NCBI GenBank assembly: GCA_041568895.1
Contig: JBFFYZ010000001.1
Span: 1 to 29,430, forward strand
Length of the DNA stretch: 29,430 bases
Direction: 5' to 3'
Source: Nitrospiraceae bacterium
GTDB lineage: Bacteria > Nitrospirota > Nitrospiria > Nitrospirales > Nitrospiraceae
This document shows positions 17,649-26,959 of the stretch, piece after piece. Each line of letters begins with the position of its first letter. The stretch's first letter is position 1. The translations under genes were made by a program, and so were the position numbers. The notes under the pieces are model-generated. The model saw nothing but the letters and a program-made list of their open reading frames with translations. It was not told the origin of the DNA and did no database searches.

Positions 17649-17704
17649 ACTGTGCTTCGGTCCTCCGATCTCAAGGCGTAGTCCATACTGTCGAGAGGAC
17701 CGCC

Positions 17705-17734
17705 ATTATAGTGAAAGCCCTCCTGCCCTTTCAA
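17705..17734 (-). promoter_or_regulatory. Putative sigma70 promoter of ndk
   Basis: Minus strand TTGAAA-N18-TATAAT. Confidence 0.65.
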
Positions 17735-17823
17735 GGAAGGAAGCCTGCACCCAACCGGACCAGCATGAGCGTGAGGGTCGGCGGGTTAGACAGGCATCTG
17801 CTCTGCGGGAGATCTCGGCCGGA

Positions 17824-18855
17824 TCAGGCGCGAAAACGGTCGGCCAGTTCCTGAGGGCGGAACACTCCGCGTTCGGTGATGATGGCGGTGATAAGGCGGT
17901 AAGGCGTGACGTCGAAAGCGGGATTGAGGACCTCGACCCCCTTGGGGGCAATGGGCCGGCTTCCTCCAAGCGAGGTGACTTCCTCAGACTTGCGTTCCTC
18001 GATCGGAATGTGGGCCCCGGTGGGCGTCGCCAAGTCGATGGTGGAATAGGGAGCGGCGACATAAAATGGGATCTGGTGAGCGTTGGCCAGGACGGCCACC
18101 GAATAGGTCCCGATCTTATTGGCGACGTCACCGTTGGCGGCGATTCGATCTGCCCCGACAACGCAGAGGTGGACCTTGCCCTGTTGCATCAACGCCCCCG
18201 CCATGTTGTCGGTGATCAGGGTCACCGGGATGCCGTCCTCCATCAGCTCCCATGCCGTGAGGCGGGCTCCTTGAAGGACGGGCCGGGTTTCATCCGCCAA
18301 CACCCGAATTTTTTTCCCTTGGTCCCAGGCCGCCCGGATGACCCCGAGGGCGGTGCCGTATCCAGCGGTCGCCAGCGCCCCGGCGTTGCAGTGGGTCAAC
18401 ACCGTCTGGCCATCCTTGACCAAGGCGGCGCCATGCTGGCCGATCGCCTTGTTCATCGCGACGTCTTCCTCCAGAATCCGTTGCGACTCCTCCACCAGAC
18501 GCCGCTTGATCTCCCCCAAAGGGGTTCCCCGCAGGGCGGCCAGGGTCCGCTTCATCCGGTCCAGCGCCCAAAATAAATTCACCGCCGTCGGCCGGGTCGC
18601 TCCTAAGTGGGCGCAGATATCTTCGACCGCCTTGGCAAAGGCGTCGTAATCGGCGGCCTCCACCGCCTGGGCTCCCAGGGCCACCCCCATGGCCGCCGTC
18701 ACCCCGATCGCGGGCGCGCCCCGCACCCGCAGCTCCCGAATGGCCGTGGCCACCGTCCGATAATCCCGGCAATCCAGGAAGACGACGCTTTCGGGGAGGC
18801 GGCTCTGATCCAGGATTCGAACGCTTCCCCCCTGCCATTCTACGGTCGGGACCAT
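17824..18855 (-). CDS. mtnA: S-methyl-5-thioribose-1-phosphate isomerase
   Basis: [68 protein letters not shown]. Confidence 0.96.
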   Translation of the reverse strand: MVPTVEWQGGSVRILDQSRLPESVVFLDCRDYRTVATAIRELRVRGAPAIGVTAAMGVALGAQAVEAADYDAFAKAVEDICAHLGATRPTAVNLFWALDRMKRTLAALRGTPLGEIKRRLVEESQRILEEDVAMNKAIGQHGAALVKDGQTVLTHCNAGALATAGYGTALGVIRAAWDQGKKIRVLADETRPVLQGARLTAWELMEDGIPVTLITDNMAGALMQQGKVHLCVVGADRIAANGDVANKIGTYSVAVLANAHQIPFYVAAPYSTIDLATPTGAHIPIEERKSEEVTSLGGSRPIAPKGVEVLNPAFDVTPYRLITAIITERGVFRPQELADRFRA

Positions 18856-18916
18856 CAGCTCACCATTTTCTTCTCAGTACACCCACCATGTCCGCTTGTT
18901 GGTCGGTCTCCTGCAG

Positions 18917-20200
18917 TCACTCGTGGCGACGCAGGGCCGGCGCTTGAGGCACCGTGCTCGAAGGCGTCGCCGAACCGGCGGAGACTTCACCACGAGGAAC
19001 CTCCCCGTTGGAGGCCCCTCCACGCCCCCGCTGCTCCAAGATCGTGATGATAATCACAATCAACGCGGCCTGGGTCAAGAGCATAATGGCCTCGGTTGTG
19101 TCGGCCTTGCGGAGGACGATGGCGGCCAACCCCAGGGTGATGGTCAACGCAAATATCATCGCCACGCTGGCCTTGCGGTTCCCCAACGCCCGCTCCAACC
19201 GGTGGTGAAGGTGGTCCTTCCCGACGTAATCGATCCACTCCTTCACCGTGGAGACCTTGCCGGTCAGGACCCGCTCCACGGAGATGTGAATCATATCGTA
19301 AATCAAAATGCCGAAAATCAACAGGGGGTTGCTGAAGGAGACGATCGGATTGTAGTTGGCCCAATTGCCCTTCACGGCCAGGCAGGCCAGCGTGAAGCCC
19401 AAAAAGGTGGAGCCGCCATCCCCCAGAAAGATCCGGGCCTGCCCCCGCCGGCGAAAATTATAGGGAAGAAACCCCATGCCGGCCCCGATGATGGCCACGG
19501 CCACCCAGCCCAGCCCTGCCTGGTAGGTATCAAAGGCGACGACCCCCATGAAAAACGCGATCAGGATCGCCAGCCCGGACGCGAGCCCGTCCATCCCGTC
19601 GAAGAAGTTGAACGCGTTCGTAATCCCGACGATCCAGAGAAGGGTCAGCGCCACGTTGATCGTGGTTCCCCAGGGCCCGTCCGGGAACAGCGTCAGGACT
19701 TTCCCTGAATAAATAACCATCCCCGCCCCAACCAACTGGACGGCCAGCTTGACCCAGGCCGGAAGGTCCCGGGCATCGTCGATGATGCCGACGACCAGCA
19801 GCAGGGATCCGGCAAAGAGGATCGCCACCATCCAATCGGCCAGAATGGAATTGACCAGCAGGGCGACCACGAAGCCCAGGAACACCGCGGCACCCCCGAT
19901 CCTCGGCGTCGGCGCCCGATGGATTTTTCGCTCGGCCGGTTGATCGACCAGTCCCGCGGCCAGCCCGAATCGGATGGCGACCGGGGTCAGGGCGAAGGAC
20001 GTGGCGAAGGAGACCAAAAGGATATACAGCCACCGGACTCCCTCGAAGATGAACACCTCTCGGACCCAGGGAATCAACAGAAGCGCGAGCGCGCCGAACG
20101 CGCCCAGGGAGGGCCAGGACACCCAGCGTTCCACCACAGGCCGGGACTCCTCCGTCCCCGTGTGAAGCCCCGACGACAATGATCCAGCTTCGGGTGGCAT
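18917..20200 (-). CDS. MraY/WecA-like polyprenyl-phosphate sugar-1-phosphate transferase (GT family 4)
   Basis: DQPAERKIH..TPRIGG, GIIDD, NAFNFFDGMDGLA, FLGDGGS, KDHLHHRL. Start ATG 20200 overlaps the upstream TAA (TAATG). Confidence 0.92.
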   Translation of the reverse strand: MPPEAGSLSSGLHTGTEESRPVVERWVSWPSLGAFGALALLLIPWVREVFIFEGVRWLYILLVSFATSFALTPVAIRFGLAAGLVDQPAERKIHRAPTPRIGGAAVFLGFVVALLVNSILADWMVAILFAGSLLLVVGIIDDARDLPAWVKLAVQLVGAGMVIYSGKVLTLFPDGPWGTTINVALTLLWIVGITNAFNFFDGMDGLASGLAILIAFFMGVVAFDTYQAGLGWVAVAIIGAGMGFLPYNFRRRGQARIFLGDGGSTFLGFTLACLAVKGNWANYNPIVSFSNPLLIFGILIYDMIHISVERVLTGKVSTVKEWIDYVGKDHLHHRLERALGNRKASVAMIFALTITLGLAAIVLRKADTTEAIMLLTQAALIVIIITILEQRGRGGASNGEVPRGEVSAGSATPSSTVPQAPALRRHE

Positions 20201-21291
20201 TAGGGCAACTCCTCGCAGAGGGCCTCCGCGGTCGCCCGCACTTCCTCCTCGGTCATCGACGGATAGATGGGTACCGAGAGGGCGGTGTGGCTGGCTTCCT
20301 CGCTGGCCGGAAATCCCTCCAGCTTCAGGTATTGATGCAGGGCCTGAAATACCGGGCGCCGGCATTGGATCCCTCGCCGTTCCAGGTTGGCGAGGACCTG
20401 TTCCAACGGTGGCTGTAAGGTTCCCGGGTCGTCTTTCGCCGCCGGTAACCTGACCACGTACCGGAAAAAAACGTGCGTCCGTCCACGGGGGACCTGCGGC
20501 AACCCCAGTCCCGTACTGCCCAACAGGCGGGTGAAGGCTTCGGCGATGGCGGACCGTTTCGCCAGGAAGGACGGCAGGCGGGCGACCTGGCGCAAACCCA
20601 GGGCCGCCTGCAGGTCCGTCATCTTCCGATTGAAGGCGGCGGCCTCCAGGGATGGCCGCTCGTCATAATCCCGCAGCGCAGCCATCTTCTCGATCATCGC
20701 CGGGTCATTGGACAACACCATGCCCCCTTCGCCCGTGCACAGCAGTTTGGTCGCATAAAACGAACAGACCGTGGCGATGCCGACGGTCCCGACCGTTCGT
20801 CCGGCCTCCGCCGCTCCCAGCGTTTGGGCACAGTCTTCGATCAGCGGAATGCCGAACGTCTGCAATCTGGTGAGGTCGGCCGGAAGACCGAAGGGGTGCG
20901 GCACGATGATCGCCTTGGTTTTGGAGGACAGCGCCTTCCGGGCTTCCTCAGGATCGATCCCATACGTCGACGGTTGGATGTCCACGATCCGCGGCAAGGC
21001 CCCGACCCGGACCACGGCCAGCCACGGGGCGGTACAGACATAGCTGGGGAGGATGACCTCGTCCCCTTCCCCGATGCCCAAGGCCAGCAGGGCCAATTCC
21101 AGGGCGACGGATCCCGAGCCCACCGCAACGGCCCCCTTGAGGCCCATATACGCAGCCATGCTGCGCTCGAACTCCTGGACGCAGGGACCTTGGGCGACGT
21201 GGCCGGACCGGATCACTTCGGCCACGGCCTGGACCTCTTCCTCTCCAAGCGTCGGTCGGGAGTGGGGCACCATGAGCTTGCCGGCGGTCAT
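20200..21291 (-). CDS. DegT/DnrJ/EryC1/StrS PLP-dependent sugar aminotransferase
   Basis: IEDCAQTLG, SFYATK (PLP Lys), TGEGGM, N.KMTDLQAALG, LSVPIYP. Confidence 0.93.
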   Translation of the reverse strand: MTAGKLMVPHSRPTLGEEEVQAVAEVIRSGHVAQGPCVQEFERSMAAYMGLKGAVAVGSGSVALELALLALGIGEGDEVILPSYVCTAPWLAVVRVGALPRIVDIQPSTYGIDPEEARKALSSKTKAIIVPHPFGLPADLTRLQTFGIPLIEDCAQTLGAAEAGRTVGTVGIATVCSFYATKLLCTGEGGMVLSNDPAMIEKMAALRDYDERPSLEAAAFNRKMTDLQAALGLRQVARLPSFLAKRSAIAEAFTRLLGSTGLGLPQVPRGRTHVFFRYVVRLPAAKDDPGTLQPPLEQVLANLERRGIQCRRPVFQALHQYLKLEGFPASEEASHTALSVPIYPSMTEEEVRATAEALCEELP

Positions 21292-21932
21292 TGTCCGATG
21301 TTGATGAAGAGCCGCAAGGGGATGAACCCTTCCGCATGCCTGACCCGTCCCTGAATGCCGCGAAAAGTGGCGGCGGAGCGGGTGATATCCACAATGGTGG
21401 TCCCTTCAATATTCGTTTTTTTGACCTGGGAGGCATGGGCCTGGAGCGCCTGGATTTTATCCTCCAGGACCGATTCAATATCCACAAACACCGTCGGGGA
21501 AAAGTTTTGGGTCGTCGGCCCCTCATAAAACAACACATTCCTGGTGTAGCGGGTCGCGGTCACGGTGCACCCGGCCAGATTGCGGTGGTCTTGATGGGTG
21601 TCGTCCGGGAAATGCACGAAAATGAAGTGCGGGTCCACCTCCCGGACGGCCACCTCGATCTTCTGGATCAACAGCGAGTCCAGAGGAAGCTTGGTGTCCG
21701 CATAGCCCCCCCAGAAAATCTTTTCCACCTGGAGGCATTTCGCCGCCTCTTCCTGCTCCCGCTTCCGAGTGCCCCCGCCGGCCCCCTGTTCGCCTTCCGT
21801 CAGGACCATGAGGAAAATGCGGTGCCCGTTTCGGGCATACTTGATCAAGGTCCCCCCGCATCCCGCCTCGATGTCATCGGGATGGGCCCCCAGGGCCAGC
21901 ACCCGCACTGCCTTTTCATTGGTTCGTCCCAT
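21288..21932 (-). CDS. PIG-L family de-N-acetylase
   Basis: AHPDD and HQDH motifs; SD GGAGGTG before ATG 21932. Confidence 0.93.
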   Translation of the reverse strand: MGRTNEKAVRVLALGAHPDDIEAGCGGTLIKYARNGHRIFLMVLTEGEQGAGGGTRKREQEEAAKCLQVEKIFWGGYADTKLPLDSLLIQKIEVAVREVDPHFIFVHFPDDTHQDHRNLAGCTVTATRYTRNVLFYEGPTTQNFSPTVFVDIESVLEDKIQALQAHASQVKKTNIEGTTIVDITRSAATFRGIQGRVRHAEGFIPLRLFINIGQ

Positions 21933-21984
21933 TGGCACCTCCGAATCACTCCCCCGGAACTTGACGATCTCGCTATGACGCAGG

Positions 21985-22698
21985 CTATTGCGCGTTTCCT
22001 GGAATGGCACTCGAGGGCTGCCGGGCTTCGCGCAGCCTGGCCAGGGCCGAATCGCCGCAGGCAAACAGCAGATCCACTGCGGACATACCCGGCATGAACG
22101 GCTCGTAACACTGGGGGTAGACGGGATGATGAAACGCCTGCAGTTCCAATTCCACCCCCGAAGCTTGGAATCGGGGCAGGTCCATGTATTGTGTGGCTCC
22201 CGCGCCGGCCAGGTAGCGGGAGGCGCCGACAGTCCGACAGATGTCGATCAACCGTTCGGTCGGTTCCTCGCGGAGGCGCATGTCGGATGACCGCTGCACC
22301 GGTGTGGTGATGCCGAACGCCTGGAGCAGCCACCGCAGGATGGCCAGGTTCAACTCGGCCAACTGGTCCCAGGGTCGGCCATAGATGGTGCGCAGCCCCT
22401 CGAGGTACCACCGGGCAAAGGCCGCCTTTTGGTAATGCATCTCCAACGCACGCAGATGTTTGGATCGCCATTCCGTCTCCGGGTTGATCCGGACCTGGTC
22501 CACCTGCTGCCCGAACTTGTGGAGAACGGGCACGGTAAGCCACTGCCATCCCTGAGAGGTTCGGATACGATTCCGGTTCTGCCACTCGTTTTTTTTGAAC
22601 TGGACGGAATCCAGGACCACAAACAGGTCCGCCTGGTCGATTTTATCCAGATACCCCAGCCAGGGCAGGTACTGCGGTTGGTGAATGGTGACCCGCAT
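21985..22698 (-). CDS. WbqC-like protein
   Basis: IHQPQYLPWLGYLDKI, DSVQFKKNEWQNRNRI, YLAG..A..Y, MSAVDLLF. Confidence 0.92.
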   Translation of the reverse strand: MRVTIHQPQYLPWLGYLDKIDQADLFVVLDSVQFKKNEWQNRNRIRTSQGWQWLTVPVLHKFGQQVDQVRINPETEWRSKHLRALEMHYQKAAFARWYLEGLRTIYGRPWDQLAELNLAILRWLLQAFGITTPVQRSSDMRLREEPTERLIDICRTVGASRYLAGAGATQYMDLPRFQASGVELELQAFHHPVYPQCYEPFMPGMSAVDLLFACGDSALARLREARQPSSAIPGNAQ

Positions 22699-22735
22699 CA
22701 GGAGGCCCACCTTGTGCTGTGCCGACGAGGTTGCG

Positions 22736-24343
22736 TCATGGGTTGGTTCCGAATATCACGAACACCGGATTGCTCAGGAGTTCCCCTTCCCCGTCAACCT
22801 GAATACGATAGGCCACCGCAGGTTCCCCCTTGGGCAAGTCTCCCAGATATCGCTGGTCGAAGGGCGTGTTGCCCTTCAACCGAGCCACCACCTCGCCTGA
22901 GCGGATGACGGAGACGGTGACCGGATAGGCCCCCTGATCCGTTGCCGACACTCTCACCCGAATGTCGAGCGGTTGCTCCGACGCCAGCCGCAAGGTCTCT
23001 CCCGGTCCGGCCCTTTGCCTTCCCCCCTCGGCTTCGACTTGAAGGGCATCGAGTCGGAACCTGAAGGCTTTGTGGTACCGATGCACAGCATAGGCCCGTC
23101 CCGCCCGGAGGGCGTCCAGGATCGCCTCCGAGGTCTGGTCGCGGACCCAAAAGACGGTGAGGACCCGGTCCAATTCTTTTGTGTCATGGCCGGGGCCATG
23201 ATAGCCCAACTCACCGAGCAACACCGGGGGGGCGGGCCGCTGGCCAGCCAGGTACTGGGCAATGGCTCGATCCCATTCGCCTCCCGGACGGTGGACGGTC
23301 CGGTTGTCTTCGTACAGACCGCCGAACCCGACGTACCCCTGGGTCGTCAACAGGGCTTCGGGATAGGGTTCCGTCTTGCTCGTCACGGTCCCAAGCCGTC
23401 CAAAGGTTTTGGTCTGAAAATCCCGGGCCTCAGGCATGGACCAGATGGTCATCCCGCCCCGCTCGGCCACCGTATCAATGAGGGCTTGATAGGGTCGGTA
23501 TCCCAACTCATCCTCGTAATTGCTGAAGGCGGGCTGTCCCAGCGGCCAGGCCTGATGCAACAGGACTCCGGCGGCCCCGGCGAGGGCCAGAGCGGCCCAG
23601 CGGTACCGCGTCACCTTGTAGTGTCGCATCACTCCCACCCTGATTTTCCGATAGCCCCGCTTGCGCCACAGCCAGGCGGCCGGGACGAACAGCAAACCCG
23701 GCGCCAGATTCCCCGCCGATTCCCATCCCCATCGATACGAGGCGGGGTTTCCACTGACCGGGAGACTGACATAGTCTTCCGCCCGGGAGAGTCCCAGGAC
23801 GATCACATTCCGCTGGGAATTGTGCATGGTGAGGTCGCCTCGGAACAACGATCCGGTCCAGTAGTAATGGGGCGCCACCTCCATCCCCGGCATCAAGACC
23901 ACGCGGGGATGGCGCGCTTGGACGTCCGCCACCTCCGCCAGATACCGATCCACGCCGTAGTCCACCACCGAGGGGAAGGTCATCACTCGACGGAACACGC
24001 CTCGCAGCGGTGGGAGGCCATACTCGTACCGCAGCGCGAAGTTGTCGGCCAGGAGAATGGCGTCCAGCCCCAGGGCTTCCGCGCGGTCGGCCAAGGAATC
24101 CAGACTCATGCCGCCCGTGCTGGCCGCACTGTGCACATGAAACGTGGCCACCAAGGGGCGCAGCGGAATGCCCGCCTCTCCTCGATCCCCGAGGGCCTGG
24201 CCCCAGCAGGGCCAAGCCAGTCCAGCCCAGAAACCGACCAGGCACCCGACGACCCCGATCAGGCCGATGGCTGATGTTTCGGAACATGGATGACGCCCCC
24301 GATCCGACCGGCTATCGGTTACTTTGATGAAGGACCTGCTCAT
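22736..24343 (-). CDS. Membrane-anchored hypothetical protein with a degenerate PHP-like domain and C-terminal beta-sandwich
   Basis: FHVHS..STG, LDAILLADN, MPGMEVAPH resemble PHP motifs; N-terminal signal/TM and two internal hydrophobic segments; start uncertain. Confidence 0.65.
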   Translation of the reverse strand: MSRSFIKVTDSRSDRGRHPCSETSAIGLIGVVGCLVGFWAGLAWPCWGQALGDRGEAGIPLRPLVATFHVHSAASTGGMSLDSLADRAEALGLDAILLADNFALRYEYGLPPLRGVFRRVMTFPSVVDYGVDRYLAEVADVQARHPRVVLMPGMEVAPHYYWTGSLFRGDLTMHNSQRNVIVLGLSRAEDYVSLPVSGNPASYRWGWESAGNLAPGLLFVPAAWLWRKRGYRKIRVGVMRHYKVTRYRWAALALAGAAGVLLHQAWPLGQPAFSNYEDELGYRPYQALIDTVAERGGMTIWSMPEARDFQTKTFGRLGTVTSKTEPYPEALLTTQGYVGFGGLYEDNRTVHRPGGEWDRAIAQYLAGQRPAPPVLLGELGYHGPGHDTKELDRVLTVFWVRDQTSEAILDALRAGRAYAVHRYHKAFRFRLDALQVEAEGGRQRAGPGETLRLASEQPLDIRVRVSATDQGAYPVTVSVIRSGEVVARLKGNTPFDQRYLGDLPKGEPAVAYRIQVDGEGELLSNPVFVIFGTNP

Positions 24344-25499
24344 AAATTCTTTCGATCGCGTGCACCATGGCAGGAACGCTGTACGATTCATCGATGGCGA
24401 CACTAGCCGCAGCGCCCAGTTCCTTTCCCCATTCCGGCCGGCGGAGGATTTCTTCCATGGCCCTCGCCAGCGCTCCCGGATCCCCGGGGGGGACCAAGAG
24501 CCCCGTGCGCCGATGATTGATGACGGCTCGCATCCCCCCCACTCGGCTGGCGATCACCGGCCGGCCGGCCGCCATCGCCTCGATCAGGGCGCGTCCCATT
24601 CCCTCATTCAATGAAGGCTGGACATAGAGGTCCATGGCTCCCAGACAGTCGGGCACATCCGTTCTGGTGCCGAGCAGCCGAACGGCCTCCCGGATTCCCA
24701 GTCTCCCCGCCAGCGCCATCAGGTCATCCCGCAGCGGGCCGCTGCCCACGATCACCACATAGAGGCGCGGGTGCGTTGCCTTAAGTGTGGCGACCGCTTC
24801 AATGAGGGTGCGATGCCCTTTGACCGGCGTCAGCCAGCCAACGCTTCCGATCACGATGGCCTCGGGGGGACACTCGAAGCCGGGAGGGCGTGGTCCGACG
24901 CTCCCGGCGAATCGCTGAAACCGGTCCAGATCGATGCCGCTGGGGATCACCGCGAACCGCTCGGCCTGCCCGACGCCGCGATCCAGATGCTCGACCCGCT
25001 CCGCTGCAGTCAGACCGATGAGCCAGCCCGTCCCTTTGGCCAAGAACCGTTCGATCTGAAGAAACAGCCAGGAGACGAGGGGGCCAAAGTGGCCGTAAAA
25101 CACGTGCCCATGGGGAGTATGAACGATCCCCGGCACACCGGCCAACTTGCCGGCGACTCGGCCCAGAGCCCCGGCCTTGGAGGTATGGGTATGCACCAGC
25201 ACTGGGCGCTCCCTCCGAAACACCCTTATCAAACACCACACACCGAAGAGGTCCTTCAGCGGATTGATCTCGCGACCCAGCGCGGGGACGATTTCCCAGG
25301 GCACCCCGGCCTCCTCCAGCCGGCGACAATTCTCCTCCAAGGCCTGGGCCCCTCCTTGGGGATCGTCCTGACCGGGTTGGCCCATCAGGACCATCGGCTG
25401 GAACCGAGACCGGTCCTGCCCGATGGCGGTCAACAGCGTGTTCTGGGCTGATCCACCTCGATCCAGCCGGGTAATGACATGCAAAACCTTAATGGGCAA
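24312..25499 (-). CDS. GT4 family glycosyltransferase
   Basis: VLHVITRLDRGGS, VHTHTSKAG, PSLNEGMGRALIEAMAAG. Confidence 0.93.
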   Translation of the reverse strand: MPIKVLHVITRLDRGGSAQNTLLTAIGQDRSRFQPMVLMGQPGQDDPQGGAQALEENCRRLEEAGVPWEIVPALGREINPLKDLFGVWCLIRVFRRERPVLVHTHTSKAGALGRVAGKLAGVPGIVHTPHGHVFYGHFGPLVSWLFLQIERFLAKGTGWLIGLTAAERVEHLDRGVGQAERFAVIPSGIDLDRFQRFAGSVGPRPPGFECPPEAIVIGSVGWLTPVKGHRTLIEAVATLKATHPRLYVVIVGSGPLRDDLMALAGRLGIREAVRLLGTRTDVPDCLGAMDLYVQPSLNEGMGRALIEAMAAGRPVIASRVGGMRAVINHRRTGLLVPPGDPGALARAMEEILRRPEWGKELGAAASVAIDESYSVPAMVHAIERIYEQVLHQSNR

Positions 25500-25533
25500 A
25501 ACTGGCTCCTACCATGTAAATAGTGAAAAACTT

Positions 25534-26784
25534 TCAACCATTAATTGAAGTTTTGACCTCACCGGAAACTTCCTGTAAGACCTCTTCAAGCTGTTCCCCA
25601 TGTCTGGCCCAGGAGTACTCGGTCTCCGCCACTACGCGTCCCTGTTTGGAGAGCTGTTCCTGCTCCCCTGGATGATCCCGAAATCGGCAGAGGAGTCGCC
25701 GAATGGCGGTCGCCAAGGCGACACTGTCGGTGGCCGATGCGATCAAGTCGGGATCAATTTTGCCCAGCACCTCGGGAATCGCCCCTACCGGGGTGCCGAG
25801 CACGGGCGTGCCACAGGCCAAGGCCTCGACCGTCACCAATCCGAACCCTTCGAGTTCATGCGTGGGCATCAGGACCAGGTCGGCCGCTTGATAGTAGTGC
25901 GGCAACTGCTCCTCCGGCAGGTATCCCAGCAGGCGCACTCGATCCGCCACGCCCAGGTCACCTGCGAGGCTCTGAAGGTCTTCCCGCAGGGGCCCTTCCC
26001 CTCCGATCAGGACCATCACGTCTCGGCCTTCGTCGCCCAACAGCGCAACCGCCCGAAGAAACTGATCAAGCCCCATCCGGGGAACGAGGTTCCGAACGGT
26101 GACCAGAATGACCTTGTTCAGGGGAAGCCCCAACTGGCGCCGGACTGCCACCGGATCGTCCGGAAGGCAAAATCTGGCGAGGTCCGCCCCTCCGGGAATA
26201 ACCCGAATCCGTTCGACCGCCACCGCGTGATGGGCCATCACCCGGCGCTTCATAAACTCGCTCAGAACCACGACGCGATGGCACCGGCGAATAACCACCC
26301 GCTCGCACCAGCGCCGAAGCCGAGCATTGATCGCTCGGCGGATCCGGTATCCCACCGCCAGGCTCCCCCCCAGATTCCGGGAGAGATATTCTTCATGGGC
26401 CAGGGAATGGCAGACATACACCCAGCCAGACGCACGATTGCGCCGCCGCAGGACCGGTCCCAGGCCGGCGAGGGATTGATGGATGACCCCCACATCAATG
26501 GCCGTTCGCTGGCTCACCGCATCCACCTGGTGGACAGACCCGCGGACGGAGGACAGCACAAACGCCAACTCATTCTGAGCGGATGGATGGTAGCGATCCT
26601 CCTGGATCCCCTCCCCGTCGTTCGTGATCCGCACCTGTGACCGGCTATCGCCTCGCGGGGCCCTGGTGATCAGGTGGAGCCGGTGGCCCCGCCGAGAGAG
26701 GCTCAGGGCCTGTTCCCGTAACACCCGCTCGGCCCCGCCCAAGACCGCAGCCGCGGAAACCTCGGCCAGCATCAGAATGTTCAT
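25534..26784 (-). CDS. GT4 family glycosyltransferase
   Basis: GGAERV, VRNLVPRMGL, EGFGLVTVEALACGTPVLGT. Confidence 0.93.
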   Translation of the reverse strand: MNILMLAEVSAAAVLGGAERVLREQALSLSRRGHRLHLITRAPRGDSRSQVRITNDGEGIQEDRYHPSAQNELAFVLSSVRGSVHQVDAVSQRTAIDVGVIHQSLAGLGPVLRRRNRASGWVYVCHSLAHEEYLSRNLGGSLAVGYRIRRAINARLRRWCERVVIRRCHRVVVLSEFMKRRVMAHHAVAVERIRVIPGGADLARFCLPDDPVAVRRQLGLPLNKVILVTVRNLVPRMGLDQFLRAVALLGDEGRDVMVLIGGEGPLREDLQSLAGDLGVADRVRLLGYLPEEQLPHYYQAADLVLMPTHELEGFGLVTVEALACGTPVLGTPVGAIPEVLGKIDPDLIASATDSVALATAIRRLLCRFRDHPGEQEQLSKQGRVVAETEYSWARHGEQLEEVLQEVSGEVKTSING

Positions 26785-26802
26785 AATCTCCTTGGAAAAG
26801 CT

Positions 26803-26959
26803 GTGACGGGTGACAAGTGCTGCGCCTCAATGATGAATGCTAAACGCGGATGCTGAATATTACGCTGCGAAAGCCCTTCCATTTATCACTCAGCCCTCAT
26901 CGTTCATGGTTATGGGTTCACCCCTTGCTCGTCACGCGTCACGCGTCACGATTCACGGG
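26803..26959. repeat. Nested inverted heptamer repeat arrays in the asnB/GT intergenic region
   Basis: Left: GTGACGG-GTGACAA (26803-16), then TGATGAA/TGCTAAA/TGCTGAA. Right: TCA in 7-nt phase at 26890, 26897, 26904, 26918, 26932, 26939, 26946, 26953 (TCACGCG-TCACGCG-TCACGAT-TCACGGG). Confidence 0.7.
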
